Part shown: piece after piece, positions 37,101 through 47,548 of the stretch
Numbering within the stretch: position 1 is the stretch's first letter
Layout: the number at the start of each line of letters is the position of its first letter
Assembly: GCA_902604245.1 (NCBI GenBank)
Contig: CACKXQ010000002.1
Location: 11,018 to 75,017 of the forward strand
Direction: 5' to 3'
Source: an uncultured Pelagibacteraceae bacterium
GTDB taxonomy: Bacteria; Pseudomonadota; Alphaproteobacteria; Pelagibacterales; Pelagibacteraceae
Length of the DNA stretch: 64,000 bases
Position numbers and translations under genes: made by a program
Notes under the pieces: model-generated
Seen by the model: only the letters and a program-made list of their open reading frames with translations
Database searches by the model: none
Told to the model about the DNA's origin: nothing

Positions 37101-38239
37101 CCAGGTCTAAGAATTTTATAAATCTCTGTAATTGCATCATTTTTATTTTCATTTTTATCATTTAAGATAGTTTGAAGAAGATAAGGTCCTTTTGATATTG
37201 AATTAGTTTTAGATGTATTTACTAAATTTATATTAGCTTCTAAAATTTTTTGAAGAATAGTTTCATTAATTTCTGTTCCAATCTTAAAAGTATCTTCGCC
37301 AATTGTTATATCTTCATGTAAATATTTTCCATATAACGACTCATTTGAAATTAAAATTTCTTTTAATCCTTCATTTTGAAGCTTTTTTGCTGTCAAAAAA
37401 TTAATCTGTTCACCAACTTTTAATATAACTTTATTGTTCTGCGCATCTATTATTTCCTCTGAAAAATTTTTGGATTTATAATTTTCTGGATCAAATTTAG
37501 TTCTCCATTTTTTTAAATTTTTATCATAGTTAAAAGACTCTTTTTCATAGAATTCATTAACTATATCTGATTTTGAGTATCCAAGTGCTTGTAACAATGT
37601 AGATATAAAAATTTTCTTCTTTCTGTCTATTCGAAAATATAAAAAATCTTTTACATCAAATTCAAAATCTAACCAAGAACCTCTATTAGGTATTACCCTA
37701 CAATTAAACAAAAGTTTACCGCTAGCATGAGACTTGCCCTTATCATGGTCAAAAAATACCCCTGGGCTTCTATGCATTTGATTAACTACAACTCTTTGAA
37801 CTCCATTTGTTATAAAGGTTCCACTATTTGTCATCATTGGAACCTCGCCCATATAAACCTCTTGCTCCTTTGCAGACAATATATCTTTTGTATTATTTTC
37901 TTGATCTATTTCATAAACAACTAATCTTAATGTACACTTTAATGCAGCTGAATAAGTTAATCCCCTAGTTATACATTCATCAACATCAAATTTTGGTTTT
38001 TCTAGTCTATAAGAAATATACTCTAATGTTGCTTTGTCATTTAGATCTTCTATGGGAAAAATACTTTTGAATACTCTATGGAAACCTTTAACTAAATGTT
38101 GCTCAACATCGCCTTTGAATTCAGTTAATTCCTTGTAAGAATTTTTTTGTACTTCTATAAGATTTGGTATTGATAAACTCTCTTTAAGCTTTCCAAAACT
38201 CTTTCTGATATTTTTTTTCTTAGTAAAAGATAATTGCAT
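34157..38239 (-). CDS. rpoB: RNA polymerase beta subunit
   Basis: [21 protein letters not shown]. Confidence 0.99.
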   Translation of the reverse strand: MQLSFTKKKNIRKSFGKLKESLSIPNLIEVQKNSYKELTEFKGDVEQHLVKGFHRVFKSIFPIEDLNDKATLEYISYRLEKPKFDVDECITRGLTYSAALKCTLRLVVYEIDQENNTKDILSAKEQEVYMGEVPMMTNSGTFITNGVQRVVVNQMHRSPGVFFDHDKGKSHASGKLLFNCRVIPNRGSWLDFEFDVKDFLYFRIDRKKKIFISTLLQALGYSKSDIVNEFYEKESFNYDKNLKKWRTKFDPENYKSKNFSEEIIDAQNNKVILKVGEQINFLTAKKLQNEGLKEILISNESLYGKYLHEDITIGEDTFKIGTEINETILQKILEANINLVNTSKTNSISKGPYLLQTILNDKNENKNDAITEIYKILRPGEPPTIEIATQIFNNLFFSSDRYDLSDVGRVKMNSRLNLNCSDKITILRNDDILAIIKKMLDLRDGKDEVDDIDHLGNRRVRSVGELVENQARIGVYRMERAIKEKMTTLDVESAMPQDLINAKPLTISLKDFFATSQLSQFMDQTNPLSEITHKRRVSALGPGGLTRERAGFEVRDVHPTHYGRICPIETPEGPNIGLINSLSTYSKINKYGFIESPYKKVENGIVQDKIEYLSAMEETNFTIAQANSVLDKNGKFVEDLVSSRANLDFILSKPENIDYIDVSPKQLVSVAASLIPFLENDDANRALMGSNMMRQAVPLLKPEAPLVGTGIESDVALDSGVTIVAKREGIVDKIDGKRIVIKAANEKDYSESGVDIYNLQKFKRSNQNTCINQKPLVRVGDKVKSGDIIADGPSTKIGELALGKNVTVAFMPWQGYNFEDSILISERCVTDDVFTSIHIEEYEVMARDTKLGEEDITRDIPNINEEALKNLDESGIVYIGAEVKPGDILVGKVTPKGDSASGPEEKLLRSIFGEKAIDVTDTSLKMPSGSGGIVVDVRVFNRHGIEKDERSITIERAEIESVQQDKNVEEEILERSIKQRASTILANTKLSKKFKNYEIGTILNEEIIFDLPVSDLFKILLNDIKKTETFSQLKSQYENARKDIQERFEDKVLKIRQGDDLLPSVMKMVKVFVAIKRRLRPGDKMSGRHGNKGVVSKIVPVEDMPYRENGKPVDIVLNPLGVPSRMNVGQILETHLGWSCKELGEQLTDLINQNQKRIEKDNKISKFLKTVYGDEVYSENIDNLTTTEFKDLCQNIQNGVPISTPVFDGAKENDVTKMLDLAKLPNSGQTTLWDGRTGEKFDRPVTVGIIYMLKLHHLVEDKIHARSTGPYSLVTQQPLGGKAQLGGQRFGEMEVWALEAYGASYTLQEILTVKSDDVAGRVKVYETIVKGEENFESGIPESFNVLVKEIKSLALNVELN

Positions 38240-38293
38240 ATAAACTATATTACTGAATAAGAATTCCAGTAATTAAATTCTTTCTAATTTTAT

Positions 38294-38665
38294 TTACTTA
38301 AGTTCGACTTTTGCGCCTGCTGCTTCTAATTTAGCCTTTATTTCTTCAGCCTCTTTTTTGTTAACACCTGACTTAACTTCTTTTGGTGCACCTTCAACTA
38401 AATCCTTAGCTTCTTTTAATCCTAACTCAGTTACAGCTCTAACTTCTTTTATTACATTTATTTTTTTATCACCAGCAGCAGTTAGCATTATTGTGAATTC
38501 ATCTTTTTCTTCTGATGGTGCTTCACCACCAGTTGCAGCTGGCGCGGCAGCTACTGCAGCAGCAGCCGTTACTCCCCATTTTTCTTCTAATTGTTTTGAA
38601 AGCTCAGCCGCTTCTACAACAGTCAAGCTTGATAAATCTTCTATAATTTTATTTAAATCAGCCAT
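38294..38665 (-). CDS. rplL: 50S ribosomal protein L7/L12
   Basis: [11 protein letters not shown]. Confidence 0.98.
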   Translation of the reverse strand: MADLNKIIEDLSSLTVVEAAELSKQLEEKWGVTAAAAVAAAPAATGGEAPSEEKDEFTIMLTAAGDKKINVIKEVRAVTELGLKEAKDLVEGAPKEVKSGVNKKEAEEIKAKLEAAGAKVELK

Positions 38666-38688
38666 AATAATTTTTTATTTGTTCCTAG

Positions 38689-39198
38689 TTATTTTTTTGA
38701 TTTTTCGAGCGCTAAAATAGCGATTTTTGACGCCGGTGCAAGTAAAATACTTGCTATTTTTTGTGCTGGAGACCTTAAAATACCTACTATTTTAGCTCTA
38801 GCTTCATCTAGAGATGGCAATGTAGCAACATTTTTAACTCCTGCAACATCTAAAATATCATTGCCCATGATTCCACCTAGTATTTTTAATTTCTCATTTT
38901 CTTTAGAAAATTTAGTTAAAATTTTTGCAGATTCTATTGCATCCTCTGACAATGCTACAGCTGTTGGACCAGTAAATAAGTTAGACAAATCTTTACATTT
39001 AGTTTTTTCAAGGGCTAATTTGGTAATTTTATTGTTGGTAATTTTAAACTTTATACCATGCTCACGCATTTTTTTTCTCAAATCATCCAATTGTGCAACT
39101 GTCAATCCTTGATAATGGGTAACTATTACTGCCTCAGTTTTGTCAAACTGAGTGGTCATATCTTGGATATATTGTTTTTTTTGGTCCTTGTTCATCAT
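38689..39198 (-). CDS. rplJ: 50S ribosomal protein L10
   Basis: YQGLTV..L..LR, LPSLDE. Confidence 0.95.
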   Translation of the reverse strand: MMNKDQKKQYIQDMTTQFDKTEAVIVTHYQGLTVAQLDDLRKKMREHGIKFKITNNKITKLALEKTKCKDLSNLFTGPTAVALSEDAIESAKILTKFSKENEKLKILGGIMGNDILDVAGVKNVATLPSLDEARAKIVGILRSPAQKIASILLAPASKIAILALEKSKK

Positions 39199-39200
39199 AA

Positions 39201-39890
39201 TTAAAAACTCTTTTCTAATTTTACTCTATAAGATACACCCATAGTAGATGTTATGAACACTTGTTTTACTAAATCACCTTTTATAGTTAAATTAGATTTT
39301 TCTTTTTCTAAGGCATCAATAATTGCATTATAATTTTTAACAAGTTTGTCATCATCAAATGATTTCTTGCCTATGCTTAGCCCAATATTTCCATCTTTGT
39401 CGTTTCTTAATTCAACTTGTCCCGCTTTAGCTTCATTCACAGCTTTACTAATATCATTTGTTACCGTTCCCAACTTTGGGTTGGGCATTAACCCTTTGGG
39501 ACCTAATACTTTGCCCAGTTTCGAAAGTTTGATCATCATAGATGGGGTGCATATAAGTTTTTCAAAATTTAAATCTCCATTTTTAATTTTTTCTACTAAT
39601 TCATCGCCGCCTACTACATCAGCTTTTGCATTTTTAGCTTCTTGAATTTTGGCGTCTTCACAAACAACTGCAACCTTGATTGATTTTCCAGTTCCACCAG
39701 GTAAATTTACAACTGTTCTAAGATTAATTTCATTTTTTTTTTGTTTATTATTTATTCTAAAACTTAAATCAACTGACTCATCAAATTTTGATGTACAGTT
39801 TGCCTTTATGGTATTTAATACATTACCAATCGTCTCTGGATTTAAATCTTTAGTATTTTCAGGTAATTTTTTAAATCTTTTAGAAGACAT
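39201..39890 (-). CDS. rplA: 50S ribosomal protein L1
   Basis: LGPKGLMPNPKLGTVT. Confidence 0.97.
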   Translation of the reverse strand: MSSKRFKKLPENTKDLNPETIGNVLNTIKANCTSKFDESVDLSFRINNKQKKNEINLRTVVNLPGGTGKSIKVAVVCEDAKIQEAKNAKADVVGGDELVEKIKNGDLNFEKLICTPSMMIKLSKLGKVLGPKGLMPNPKLGTVTNDISKAVNEAKAGQVELRNDKDGNIGLSIGKKSFDDDKLVKNYNAIIDALEKEKSNLTIKGDLVKQVFITSTMGVSYRVKLEKSF

Positions 39891-40318
39891 TATTCTTTTA
39901 CCTCAATACCCATTGATCTTGCAGATCCAGCAATAATCTTTGCAGCTTCATCTATATCGTGCGCATTTAAGTCTTCCATCTTTTTTTCTGCTATATCTTT
40001 AAGTTGTTGTTTAGAAATAGATCCTATTATATTTCTTCCTGGTTCTTTTGAGCCACTTTTTAATTTCATAGCCTCTTTTATAAAATGAGACGCTGGAGGT
40101 GACTTTATTACAAAATCAAATTTTTTATCTTTATAAACAGTAATTATTACTGGTACTGGTTTTCCAGCGAATGATTTTGTTTTATCATTAAAGGCTTTAC
40201 AAAATTCCATTATGTTAATACCTCTTTGTCCTAATGCAGGACCTACGGGAGGAGCTGGATTTGCCTGTCCTCCTTTAATTTGTAGTTTAACATACCCACT
40301 TATTTCTTTTTTTGCCAT
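39890..40318 (-). CDS. rplK: 50S ribosomal protein L11
   Basis: [12 protein letters not shown]. Confidence 0.98.
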   Translation of the reverse strand: MAKKEISGYVKLQIKGGQANPAPPVGPALGQRGINIMEFCKAFNDKTKSFAGKPVPVIITVYKDKKFDFVIKSPPASHFIKEAMKLKSGSKEPGRNIIGSISKQQLKDIAEKKMEDLNAHDIDEAAKIIAGSARSMGIEVKE

Positions 40319-40848
40319 TAGCTTGCCTTTTCAACTTGGTTATATTCTAAATCTACCGGTGTTGGACGACCAAATATAGATACGGATACTTTTAATCTTA
40401 ACTTATCTTCATCAATATCTTCAACTAATCCTGTGAATGAAGCAAATGGACCATCAATAACCTGAACCTTTTCTCCTATATTGTATTCAACTCCAGATTT
40501 TGGCTGAGCAACTCCATCTTTAATTTCGCCTAATATTTTTTCAATCTCTTTATCTGAAACTGGTATTGGAGTACCTTTTGAACCTAGAAAACCACTAACT
40601 TTTTTTAAGTTTTTAATCATGTGATAAATATTATTATCCATCTCACTCTTTATTAAAATATAACCTGGGAAAAATTTTTTCTTTCTTTGCACTCTCTTTC
40701 CTCTTTTAACTTCAGTAATGTCATGCGTAGGAACAATTATTTCCTCAAATTTTTCAGATATTTTCGCTTTTTCAGCCTCTTCTTTTATCAGTTGAGCTAC
40801 TTTATTTTCAAAACTTGAGTGTGATTGAACTATGTACCAGTTTTTCAT
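40318..40848 (-). CDS. nusG: Transcription factor NusG
   Basis: [17 protein letters not shown]. Confidence 0.97.
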   Translation of the reverse strand: MKNWYIVQSHSSFENKVAQLIKEEAEKAKISEKFEEIIVPTHDITEVKRGKRVQRKKKFFPGYILIKSEMDNNIYHMIKNLKKVSGFLGSKGTPIPVSDKEIEKILGEIKDGVAQPKSGVEYNIGEKVQVIDGPFASFTGLVEDIDEDKLRLKVSVSIFGRPTPVDLEYNQVEKAS

Positions 40849-41039
40849 TATATGCTCACTCTAAGAATAATATCTAAAAAAAACTTTAAAATCTGGTCAA
40901 GAAGCAAAAAAAACAGCGAGGCCAAAACAGCCATTGCAAAAACCATTAATGCACCTTGGACAGTCTCTTTTGCTGTTGGCCAAGTTACTTTAAAAGCTTC
41001 TTGTTTTACTTCTTGTATAAATTTTAAAGGATTTTTCAT
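40848..41039 (-). CDS. secE: Preprotein translocase SecE
   Basis: KVTWPT plus TM helix; position upstream of nusG. Confidence 0.94.
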   Translation of the reverse strand: MKNPLKFIQEVKQEAFKVTWPTAKETVQGALMVFAMAVLASLFFLLLDQILKFFLDIILRVSI

Positions 41040-41058
41040 AAATTAAATAATAATTTTT

Positions 41059-41134
41059 TGGCAGGAGCGAAGGGAATCGAACCCCCAACCTCCGGTTTTG
41101 GAGACCGGCGCTCTACCAATTGAGCTACACTCCT
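41059..41134 (-). tRNA. tRNA-Trp(CCA)
   Basis: Cloverleaf AGGAGTGTAGCTCAATTGGTAGAGCGCCGGTCTCCAAAACCGG...TTCGATTCC...GCCA. Confidence 0.96.
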
Positions 41135-41141
41135 ATTGAGT

Positions 41142-42332
41142 TTACTCTATAATTTTAGTAACTACTCCTGCTCCTACTGTTCTACCACCCTCTCTAATAG
41201 CAAAATTAAGTTTTTCATCCATTGCTATTGGTGTAATTAGTTTTACTGTAAATTTTGCATCATCACCGGGCATAACCATTTCAGTGCCTGATGGCAACTC
41301 AACTTCTCCAGTAACGTCTGTTGTTCTAAAGTAAAATTGGGGTCTGTATTTAGTGAAGAATGGAGTATGTCTACCACCCTCTTCTTTTTTTAATACATAT
41401 GCTTGAGCCTCAAATTTAGTATGCGGTTTTATAGATCCTGGTTTGCATAAAACCTGTCCTCTTTCAACATCAGTTCTCTCAACACCTCTTAACAGTGCAC
41501 CAATGTTATCACCCGCCTCACCTGAGTCTAGAAGCTTTCTGAACATTTCTACTCCAGTACAAACTGATTTTTTAGTTTCTCGAATACCTACTATTTCTAT
41601 TTCTTCGCCAGTTTTAATCATACCAGACTCTACTCTACCTGTTACAACAGTTCCTCTACCAGAAATTGAAAATACATCTTCTACTGGCATTAGAAAATCT
41701 TTGTCTTTAGGTCTATCTGGTTGTGGAATAAATTCATCAACAGCTTTCATTAATTCCATGATTGAATTCTTTCCAATTTCATCATCTTTTCCCTCAACCG
41801 CAGCTAAAGCTGAACCTTTAACTATTGGTGTTTTATCTCCTGGGAATTTATAAGAAGTTAACAAATCTTTAATTTCCTCTTCAACCAAATCTATCATTTC
41901 TTTGTCATCGACTTGATCTACTTTATTTAAATATACTACTATTGCAGGAACTCCAACTTGACGAGCAAGAAGAATATGCTCTCTAGTTTGTGGCATTGGA
42001 CCGTCTGCAGCATTAACTACTAAAATTGCACCATCCATTTGTGCTGCACCTGTAATCATATTTTTAACATAGTCTGCGTGACCTGGGCAATCCACGTGTG
42101 CGTAATGTCTATTTGCAGTTTCGTACTCTACATGTGCTGTAGAAATTGTTATACCTCTCTCCTTCTCCTCTGGAGCTTTATCAATTTGGTCATAAGCAGT
42201 AAATTGTGCACCACCTGACTCTGCTAAAACTTTTGTTATCGCGGCTGTTAATGTTGTTTTACCGTGATCTACATGACCTATGGTTCCAATATTACAGTGC
42301 GGTTTATTTCTTACAAACTTTTCTTTTGACAT
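41142..42332 (-). CDS. tuf: Elongation factor Tu
   Basis: [17 protein letters not shown]. Confidence 0.99.
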   Translation of the reverse strand: MSKEKFVRNKPHCNIGTIGHVDHGKTTLTAAITKVLAESGGAQFTAYDQIDKAPEEKERGITISTAHVEYETANRHYAHVDCPGHADYVKNMITGAAQMDGAILVVNAADGPMPQTREHILLARQVGVPAIVVYLNKVDQVDDKEMIDLVEEEIKDLLTSYKFPGDKTPIVKGSALAAVEGKDDEIGKNSIMELMKAVDEFIPQPDRPKDKDFLMPVEDVFSISGRGTVVTGRVESGMIKTGEEIEIVGIRETKKSVCTGVEMFRKLLDSGEAGDNIGALLRGVERTDVERGQVLCKPGSIKPHTKFEAQAYVLKKEEGGRHTPFFTKYRPQFYFRTTDVTGEVELPSGTEMVMPGDDAKFTVKLITPIAMDEKLNFAIREGGRTVGAGVVTKIIE

Positions 42333-42374
42333 TACTTTTTTACCTCTTTTTCCTTTTTTTTCTTTTTTAATATT

Positions 42375-42448
42375 TGGAGCGGGTAAAGGGAATCGAACCC
42401 TTACATCCAGCTTGGAAGGCTAGCGTTCTACCATTGAACTACACCCGC
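42375..42448 (-). tRNA. tRNA-Gly(TCC)
   Basis: GCGGGTGTAGTTCAATGGTAGAACGCTAGCCTTCCAAGCTGG...TCCA. Confidence 0.96.
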
Positions 42449-42489
42449 AACACCCAAGTATACTCCTAAATTATTTAAATTTTTATTGA

Positions 42490-42575
<86 letters not shown>

Positions 42576-42706
42576 CTAATAGTAGGGGAAGCGTCCCCTT
42601 GTTCAATAAAGCTTTAAACAACATGCGTTTTATATATTTTTATTGTATAAATGCAATACGTGAATTTCATAAAAATTAGTATAAAAAGCCAATAAATCCA
42701 TAAAAT

Positions 42707-43444
42707 ATGACTCAAAAATCATCCTTTTTTATTGCTGGACGTCACGCAGTTATTGGAGCTTTAAAGAACCCAGAAAGAAGAGTAGTCAAAATATTTTTAA
42801 CAGAGGAAAGTAAAAAAACTATTCATAAGCAAAACCCAGATAAAAACTTATTAAAAGATCTTAAAGTTTTTTTTAAAACTAGAAAAGAGTTAGATAAATA
42901 CTGTAGAAGTGAAGATATTTTACATCAAGGTTTTGTAGCGGAAATTGAACATTTAGAAAATCCTGAATTAAAAGAATTTATTAAAGGCAAAAATAATTTA
43001 ACGTTTGTCTGTTTAGATGAAGTTACTGATCCAAGAAATATAGGATCCTTAATCAGAAGCGCTGCTTCATTCAATATAGATGGATTAATTGTTAAAGAAA
43101 GACATTTCCCAAGTGAAAGTAAATTATTATATAAATCTGCAAGTGGTAGTGTTGAACACTTAAATATATTTCAAGTATCAAATATAAATACCACTTTAAA
43201 ATATTTAAGAGATAAAAATTTTTGGGTTTATGGTTTCGCAGCTGATAGTAATAAGAACTTTACAGAGGTAAAATGGAATGGAAATAATGTTTTGCTATTC
43301 GGATCAGAAGGACACGGTCTTAATCAACACACTAAAAAATATACCGATTTTACATTAAAAATTAATATTAACAAAAATATTGAGAGTTTAAATATATCTA
43401 ATAGTGCAGCAATAGTCTTTCATCATATAAATCAACAAAAATAA
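42707..43444 (+). CDS. rlmB: 23S rRNA 2'-O-methyltransferase (TrmH/SpoU family)
   Basis: DPRNIGSLIRSA, GSEGHG, ESLNIS. Confidence 0.88.
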   Translation: MTQKSSFFIAGRHAVIGALKNPERRVVKIFLTEESKKTIHKQNPDKNLLKDLKVFFKTRKELDKYCRSEDILHQGFVAEIEHLENPELKEFIKGKNNLTFVCLDEVTDPRNIGSLIRSAASFNIDGLIVKERHFPSESKLLYKSASGSVEHLNIFQVSNINTTLKYLRDKNFWVYGFAADSNKNFTEVKWNGNNVLLFGSEGHGLNQHTKKYTDFTLKININKNIESLNISNSAAIVFHHINQQK

Positions 43445-43485
43445 TTTCTTGATAATATATAAAATGCTATTAAAAAACGCTTCAT

Positions 43486-43561
43486 GCCCTTGTAGCTCAG
43501 CTGGTAGAGCAATTGATTTGTAATCAATAGGTCCGCGGTTCGAGTCCGTGCGGGGGCACCA
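43486..43561 (+). tRNA. tRNA-Thr(TGT)
   Basis: GCCCTTGTAGCTCAGCTGGTAGAGCAATTGATTTGTAATCAAT...GTTCGAGTCC...ACCA. Confidence 0.96.
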
Positions 43562-43622
43562 TCAATCAATAAAATCAACACTAATTATTTTTACTGTTTT
43601 AGTTTTTAATTAAATTTATATT

Positions 43623-43655
43623 GATTGTGCCAGGATTGGACCAACATTGTGTCGT
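43623..43655 (+). repeat. Three imperfect 11-bp tandem repeats downstream of tRNA-Thr (possible integrase arm-site remnant)
   Basis: GATTGTGCCAG/GATTGGACCAA/CATTGTGTCGT. Confidence 0.4.
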
Positions 43656-43700
43656 AGTCAAGTGATCCTCAAATTAATAACACCAAAACTTTAATATAAT

Positions 43701-44303
43701 TTAAAAACCAGTAGTATCAGTTTTCTCTAATTTTTGTAAATGTAATTGCTCACTTTCCTTTGTTGCTAAAATGAAAAAATCACTGGAATAAATTATCCCA
43801 TTTTTTTTGTAAAATTTCCATTCAGGTTCGGGATCAACTGCTTTACAATTCAGCTCAATACTAACACTATCTTGTATAATAATTAAACTTAAATTATCAT
43901 TGCTTTTTGAAACGAATGCTTCAGGATATTCAGTTTCATATTTAGCCTTCAGTGCATTAAGCAAATTATTTTGCTCATCTTTGCAAGTTAACAAATGTGT
44001 TTTGGCATTACCCTGGAAATCATCATAGGTAAAGCTACCTTTAATTTTAATTTCAAAAATTTTGTTTGATATAGGAGTTGTTCTTACCTCATATTTTTCA
44101 TAATCCTTATGAGGTTCATTAGGTATCACTTTATGTGTATTAAAATTGTAAACTGCTCCATCAGCACATGGATCACAATCACTGGCATTATAATTAGTAA
44201 TATCATCTCCTAATTTGATGCCAAAAAAAATATTAGGCAGTTCTGCTAGACAAATATTTCCCCAAATCAAACCGAGAACCACGATCCCTAAAATTTTTTT
44301 CAT
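43701..44303 (-). CDS. Hypothetical secreted protein
   Basis: 200-aa ORF with signal peptide MKKILGIVVLGLIW..CLA. Confidence 0.75.
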   Translation of the reverse strand: MKKILGIVVLGLIWGNICLAELPNIFFGIKLGDDITNYNASDCDPCADGAVYNFNTHKVIPNEPHKDYEKYEVRTTPISNKIFEIKIKGSFTYDDFQGNAKTHLLTCKDEQNNLLNALKAKYETEYPEAFVSKSNDNLSLIIIQDSVSIELNCKAVDPEPEWKFYKKNGIIYSSDFFILATKESEQLHLQKLEKTDTTGF

Positions 44304-44656
44304 ATTTTGGTAAATAATCTCTTTATTAAAAATACAACACTTGCAATGATAAGAATACCATCAAACCGAACTAAGTCAGTAATTGCATAGGTAGTATTTA
44401 TCATAAAATGAAACAATACCGTTAATACAATTGTTCCAACAAAAAATACTAGCAGAAAGATTTTAAGGTTTTTATCTGAAGCAATAACACCAATTAATAA
44501 ACCAGAAATAATTATAACTGGATCTGTCATTATTGCCATTAATCCTCCAAATAAAGTTCCGACAAAACCTGAATTAGTTGCGATGCCAAGTACTAAAATT
44601 AAAATATTTGCAAATAAAATAGCTGAGGGGATTATCCATAGTCTTTTCATCATCAA
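44300..44656 (-). CDS. Hypothetical membrane protein (~4 TM)
   Basis: Hydrophobic 118-aa ORF, ATGA overlap with next gene. Confidence 0.7.
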   Translation of the reverse strand: MMMKRLWIIPSAILFANILILVLGIATNSGFVGTLFGGLMAIMTDPVIIISGLLIGVIASDKNLKIFLLVFFVGTIVLTVLFHFMINTTYAITDLVRFDGILIIASVVFLIKRLFTKI

Positions 44657-44669
44657 AATTATACTATTG

Positions 44670-44822
44670 TTACCATCTTAAACATTCTTCGTATTTAACT
44701 TTAGCTTCGGTGCCAGTTAGATTCAATTTTTTTACTACGTCTCTGCACATATTTTCAGTCCATAAGTGAGCTAAATATCCAAGTATACCCAGAATAAAGA
44801 TTATCACTAAAATTTTTTTCAT
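44670..44822 (-). CDS. Small membrane-anchored hypothetical protein (50 aa), not in ORF track
   Basis: MKKILVIIFILGILGYLAHLWTENMCRDVVKKLNLTGTEAKVKYEECLRW; ATGA overlap with upstream gene; fills the gap. Confidence 0.65.
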   Translation of the reverse strand: MKKILVIIFILGILGYLAHLWTENMCRDVVKKLNLTGTEAKVKYEECLRW

Positions 44823-45964
44823 AAGGATTTTGAAGTAATTTTTTTTTTTGGGTCAAAAAAAGGTTTTTCAATAACTTCACATTTAAAATTCTTATTCTCA
44901 ATTAAAACTTCGATTTCTAGACCAATTTTGGAATATTCAATGTCAACAATAGCTAAAGCAATATTCTTTTTTAAACGTGGTGAATAAACGGCTGAAGTAA
45001 CTTTACCTATAACATTATTATCAGCCATAAGATTCCAAAATGTAGTGTTGGGTCCGCTTAACTTTTCACATTTAATCTCTAAACCAACTTGTAATCTTTT
45101 AATCCCTTCTGCTTTAATTTTTTTAAGTGCATCTTTGCCTATAAAATTAATATCTCCATCTAAATTAACCAGACGATCTAAACCAAGTTCAAATGGGTTT
45201 GTGTGAATATCAGCATCAGCGTGGTAAGAAAGCATGCCACCTTCTATCCTTCTAATAGAAGAAGTGTGGCCTGGTTTAAGTCCAAATTCCTTTCCTACTA
45301 ACATAATTTTTTCATATAGTTCATTTCCTTTTGAACCATCTCTTAAAAATAATTCATAACCAAATTCACTTGACCAGCCGGTTCTTGATACAATTAATGG
45401 TATTCCATCTAAATCTAATTCTCTAAACCAATAATATTTTAAATCTTTTATATTTTCTCCAAATAATTTAATCATGATTTCAGCAGACTTTGGTCCTTGT
45501 AATTGTAATGGCGAAACATCTGGTTCAGTTATTTTCACATCTAATCCTGAGTTAATAGCTACACCCTGGGCCCATAATAAAATATCACTGTCACCCAAAG
45601 ATAACCAAAAATGATTTTCTCCCAAGCGTAAAAGAACTGGGTCATTTAGCACTCCGCCTTCTGCGTTTGTAATTAAAACATATTTGCATTGACCAACAGA
45701 TAATTTTGATAAATCTCTTGGGGTTAATAATTGAATAAATTTAAAAGCATCTGGTCCAGTAATTTGAACTTGTCTTTCAACAGCGACGTCACATAAAATT
45801 GCTTTTTCAATTAGGTTCCAAAAGTTTTGTTCAGGATCGCCAAAATCACGAGGTATATACATATGGTTATAAACAGAAAAACCTGTTGCGCCCCACCTGA
45901 CTGTTGCATCAAAATATGGAGATTTTCTTATTTGAGTTCCAAATCCAAAGCTTTTGTTACTCAT
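44819..45964 (-). CDS. GcvT-family aminomethyltransferase, DmdA-like paralogue
   Basis: YNHM..P, DVAVERQV, SRTGWS.E.GYE, RIEGGMLSY, TSAVYSP. Confidence 0.88.
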   Translation of the reverse strand: MSNKSFGFGTQIRKSPYFDATVRWGATGFSVYNHMYIPRDFGDPEQNFWNLIEKAILCDVAVERQVQITGPDAFKFIQLLTPRDLSKLSVGQCKYVLITNAEGGVLNDPVLLRLGENHFWLSLGDSDILLWAQGVAINSGLDVKITEPDVSPLQLQGPKSAEIMIKLFGENIKDLKYYWFRELDLDGIPLIVSRTGWSSEFGYELFLRDGSKGNELYEKIMLVGKEFGLKPGHTSSIRRIEGGMLSYHADADIHTNPFELGLDRLVNLDGDINFIGKDALKKIKAEGIKRLQVGLEIKCEKLSGPNTTFWNLMADNNVIGKVTSAVYSPRLKKNIALAIVDIEYSKIGLEIEVLIENKNFKCEVIEKPFFDPKKKITSKSL

Positions 45965-46734
45965 TAATTTGTTTCTTTTCTGATTTGCTCTATTTTAATT
46001 TTTTTTTGAAGACTTCTGTTTGAATCATATAAAAGATTAAATTTAACTTTTTTATTAATCTTAATAGATATTGTCTTTGCATTTCTAACTTCGTAATTGT
46101 CAGCAACTGAACTTATTGGTCTTTTATGAATATTTAGATTTTTAATTGTAATTTTAGATTTATCGCTCACAATTCTTCCCTTCCATCTTCTAGGTCTGAA
46201 AGCACTAATAGGCCTAATAGAAAGTTTTTTAGAGTCTAAGTTTAAAATTGGTCCATAAACTGACATATTATATGCAGTGCTTCCTGCAGGTGTTGATATC
46301 AATACACCATCAGAAACTAGTTTTTTAATAATTTTTTGCGAACCGTTAGAAATTTCAAGTGATGCAGTTTGTCTACTTTGTCTTAAAATTGAGACTTCAT
46401 TAATAGCAATAGACTTTTTAGTTTTATTAAACTTATTCTTTACACTCATTTCCAAAGGCGAAATCGAAACTTGTTTTGCTTTAGATAAATTTCTAATAGT
46501 ATTTTTTGACGAAAACTTATTCATTAAAAAACCATAACTACCAGCATTAATTCCGTAAAAAGGTTTTTTGTATTTATTATACTTTTTCAATGACGAAAGC
46601 ATAAAACCATCACCTCCAACAACAATTATAAGATTACATTTACCTAATGATATATTTTTGATTTTATGATCTAGAAAATTTTTAATTTTTCTTGATGTTT
46701 TTGTATGATCAAAAAGTATGTGTGGCTTTAACAT
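45964..46734 (-). CDS. nadK: NAD kinase
   Basis: VGGDGFML, INEV, DGVLISTPAGSTAY. Confidence 0.95.
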   Translation of the reverse strand: MLKPHILFDHTKTSRKIKNFLDHKIKNISLGKCNLIIVVGGDGFMLSSLKKYNKYKKPFYGINAGSYGFLMNKFSSKNTIRNLSKAKQVSISPLEMSVKNKFNKTKKSIAINEVSILRQSRQTASLEISNGSQKIIKKLVSDGVLISTPAGSTAYNMSVYGPILNLDSKKLSIRPISAFRPRRWKGRIVSDKSKITIKNLNIHKRPISSVADNYEVRNAKTISIKINKKVKFNLLYDSNRSLQKKIKIEQIRKETN

Positions 46735-46738
46735 TTAG

Positions 46739-46824
46739 TGGTGCCCTCGGCCAGACTCGAACTGGCACTCCATAAATGGCAAGGATTTTAAGTCCTTTGT
46801 GTCTACCAATTTCACCACGAGGGC
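46739..46824 (-). tRNA. tRNA-Leu(TAA), intact; integration target
   Basis: GCCCTCGTGGTGAAATTGGTAGACACAAAGGACTTAAAATCCTT...GTTCGAGTCTGGCCGAGGGCACCA. Confidence 0.96.
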
Positions 46825-46842
46825 ATTAATGAATTTCATGAG

Positions 46843-46871
46843 TATTTATGCTAATATTTATAATTGAACAA
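46843..46871 (-). promoter_or_regulatory. Candidate promoter for tRNA-Leu-nadK operon, supplied by cassette 1
   Basis: TTGTTC-17 nt-TAAATA; block conserved behind the tRNA half copies. Confidence 0.5.
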
Positions 46872-46931
46872 GTTTAATAAGTAAATTTTTTTTATTTTAT
46901 CTCCCTGGTTTCTAGTTTGTTTCTAGTTATC

Positions 46932-47537
46932 CTATAAAATCCCATTAGACTTTAAAATTTCTAATCCTTTATCATCCATTGAAAAATCAAAGGTAATATT
47001 GGGGTCAATATTTTCTTTTATATATTTAATATCTTGTAAATCATCTTTATTGCTTGGGTCAAAAGATGAAGTATTCCATTCCGGGTTATTAAGTCCTTGC
47101 TGAATCCAATCGTCATCCTCATCCATAAAGATATCACTTGGAGATATCATGTTAATTGCTATAGAGATTTTTTTCAAACCACTTAATTTATTTATAAAAT
47201 TTACTATTATTTCTGGATCATAAAGCAAAATATCATCTACTAAATATAATTCTCCTTTAGAATATTTTATTGGTTCACAGTAAAATTTATTATTCTTATT
47301 TATTTTATATTTCTGATTTTTTTTTAAACCCTCAATCTGATTTCTATAAGGAATTGAGTAGTTAATTTTCCATAAAAGCTGAGAAATAGAATTAGACTCT
47401 TCTATAAATTTCTGAATATCGTTATTCCAACAATAATCTTGATCATCCCAATAGGAAACATTATCTCTAACCCATAAATCTCCTCCATCATATTCGAATA
47501 CGTTATTGTTATTATTTATTAGTTTTGGAAAGACCAT
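46932..47537 (-). CDS. Hypothetical acidic protein (cassette 1 cargo)
   Basis: 201-aa ORF; stop lies inside the conserved end motif. Confidence 0.7.
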   Translation of the reverse strand: MVFPKLINNNNNVFEYDGGDLWVRDNVSYWDDQDYCWNNDIQKFIEESNSISQLLWKINYSIPYRNQIEGLKKNQKYKINKNNKFYCEPIKYSKGELYLVDDILLYDPEIIVNFINKLSGLKKISIAINMISPSDIFMDEDDDWIQQGLNNPEWNTSSFDPSNKDDLQDIKYIKENIDPNITFDFSMDDKGLEILKSNGIL

Positions 47538-47548
47538 TAATTAAAAAA

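Noticed and set aside
1123-41853. Many short antisense ORFs in the ORF track over core genes
   Set aside because: Shadow frames of well-identified genes on the opposite strand; no motifs.
46860-46900. Exact IHF consensus in cassette arms
   Set aside because: AT-rich tracts are present but I found no convincing WATCAANNNNTTR match.
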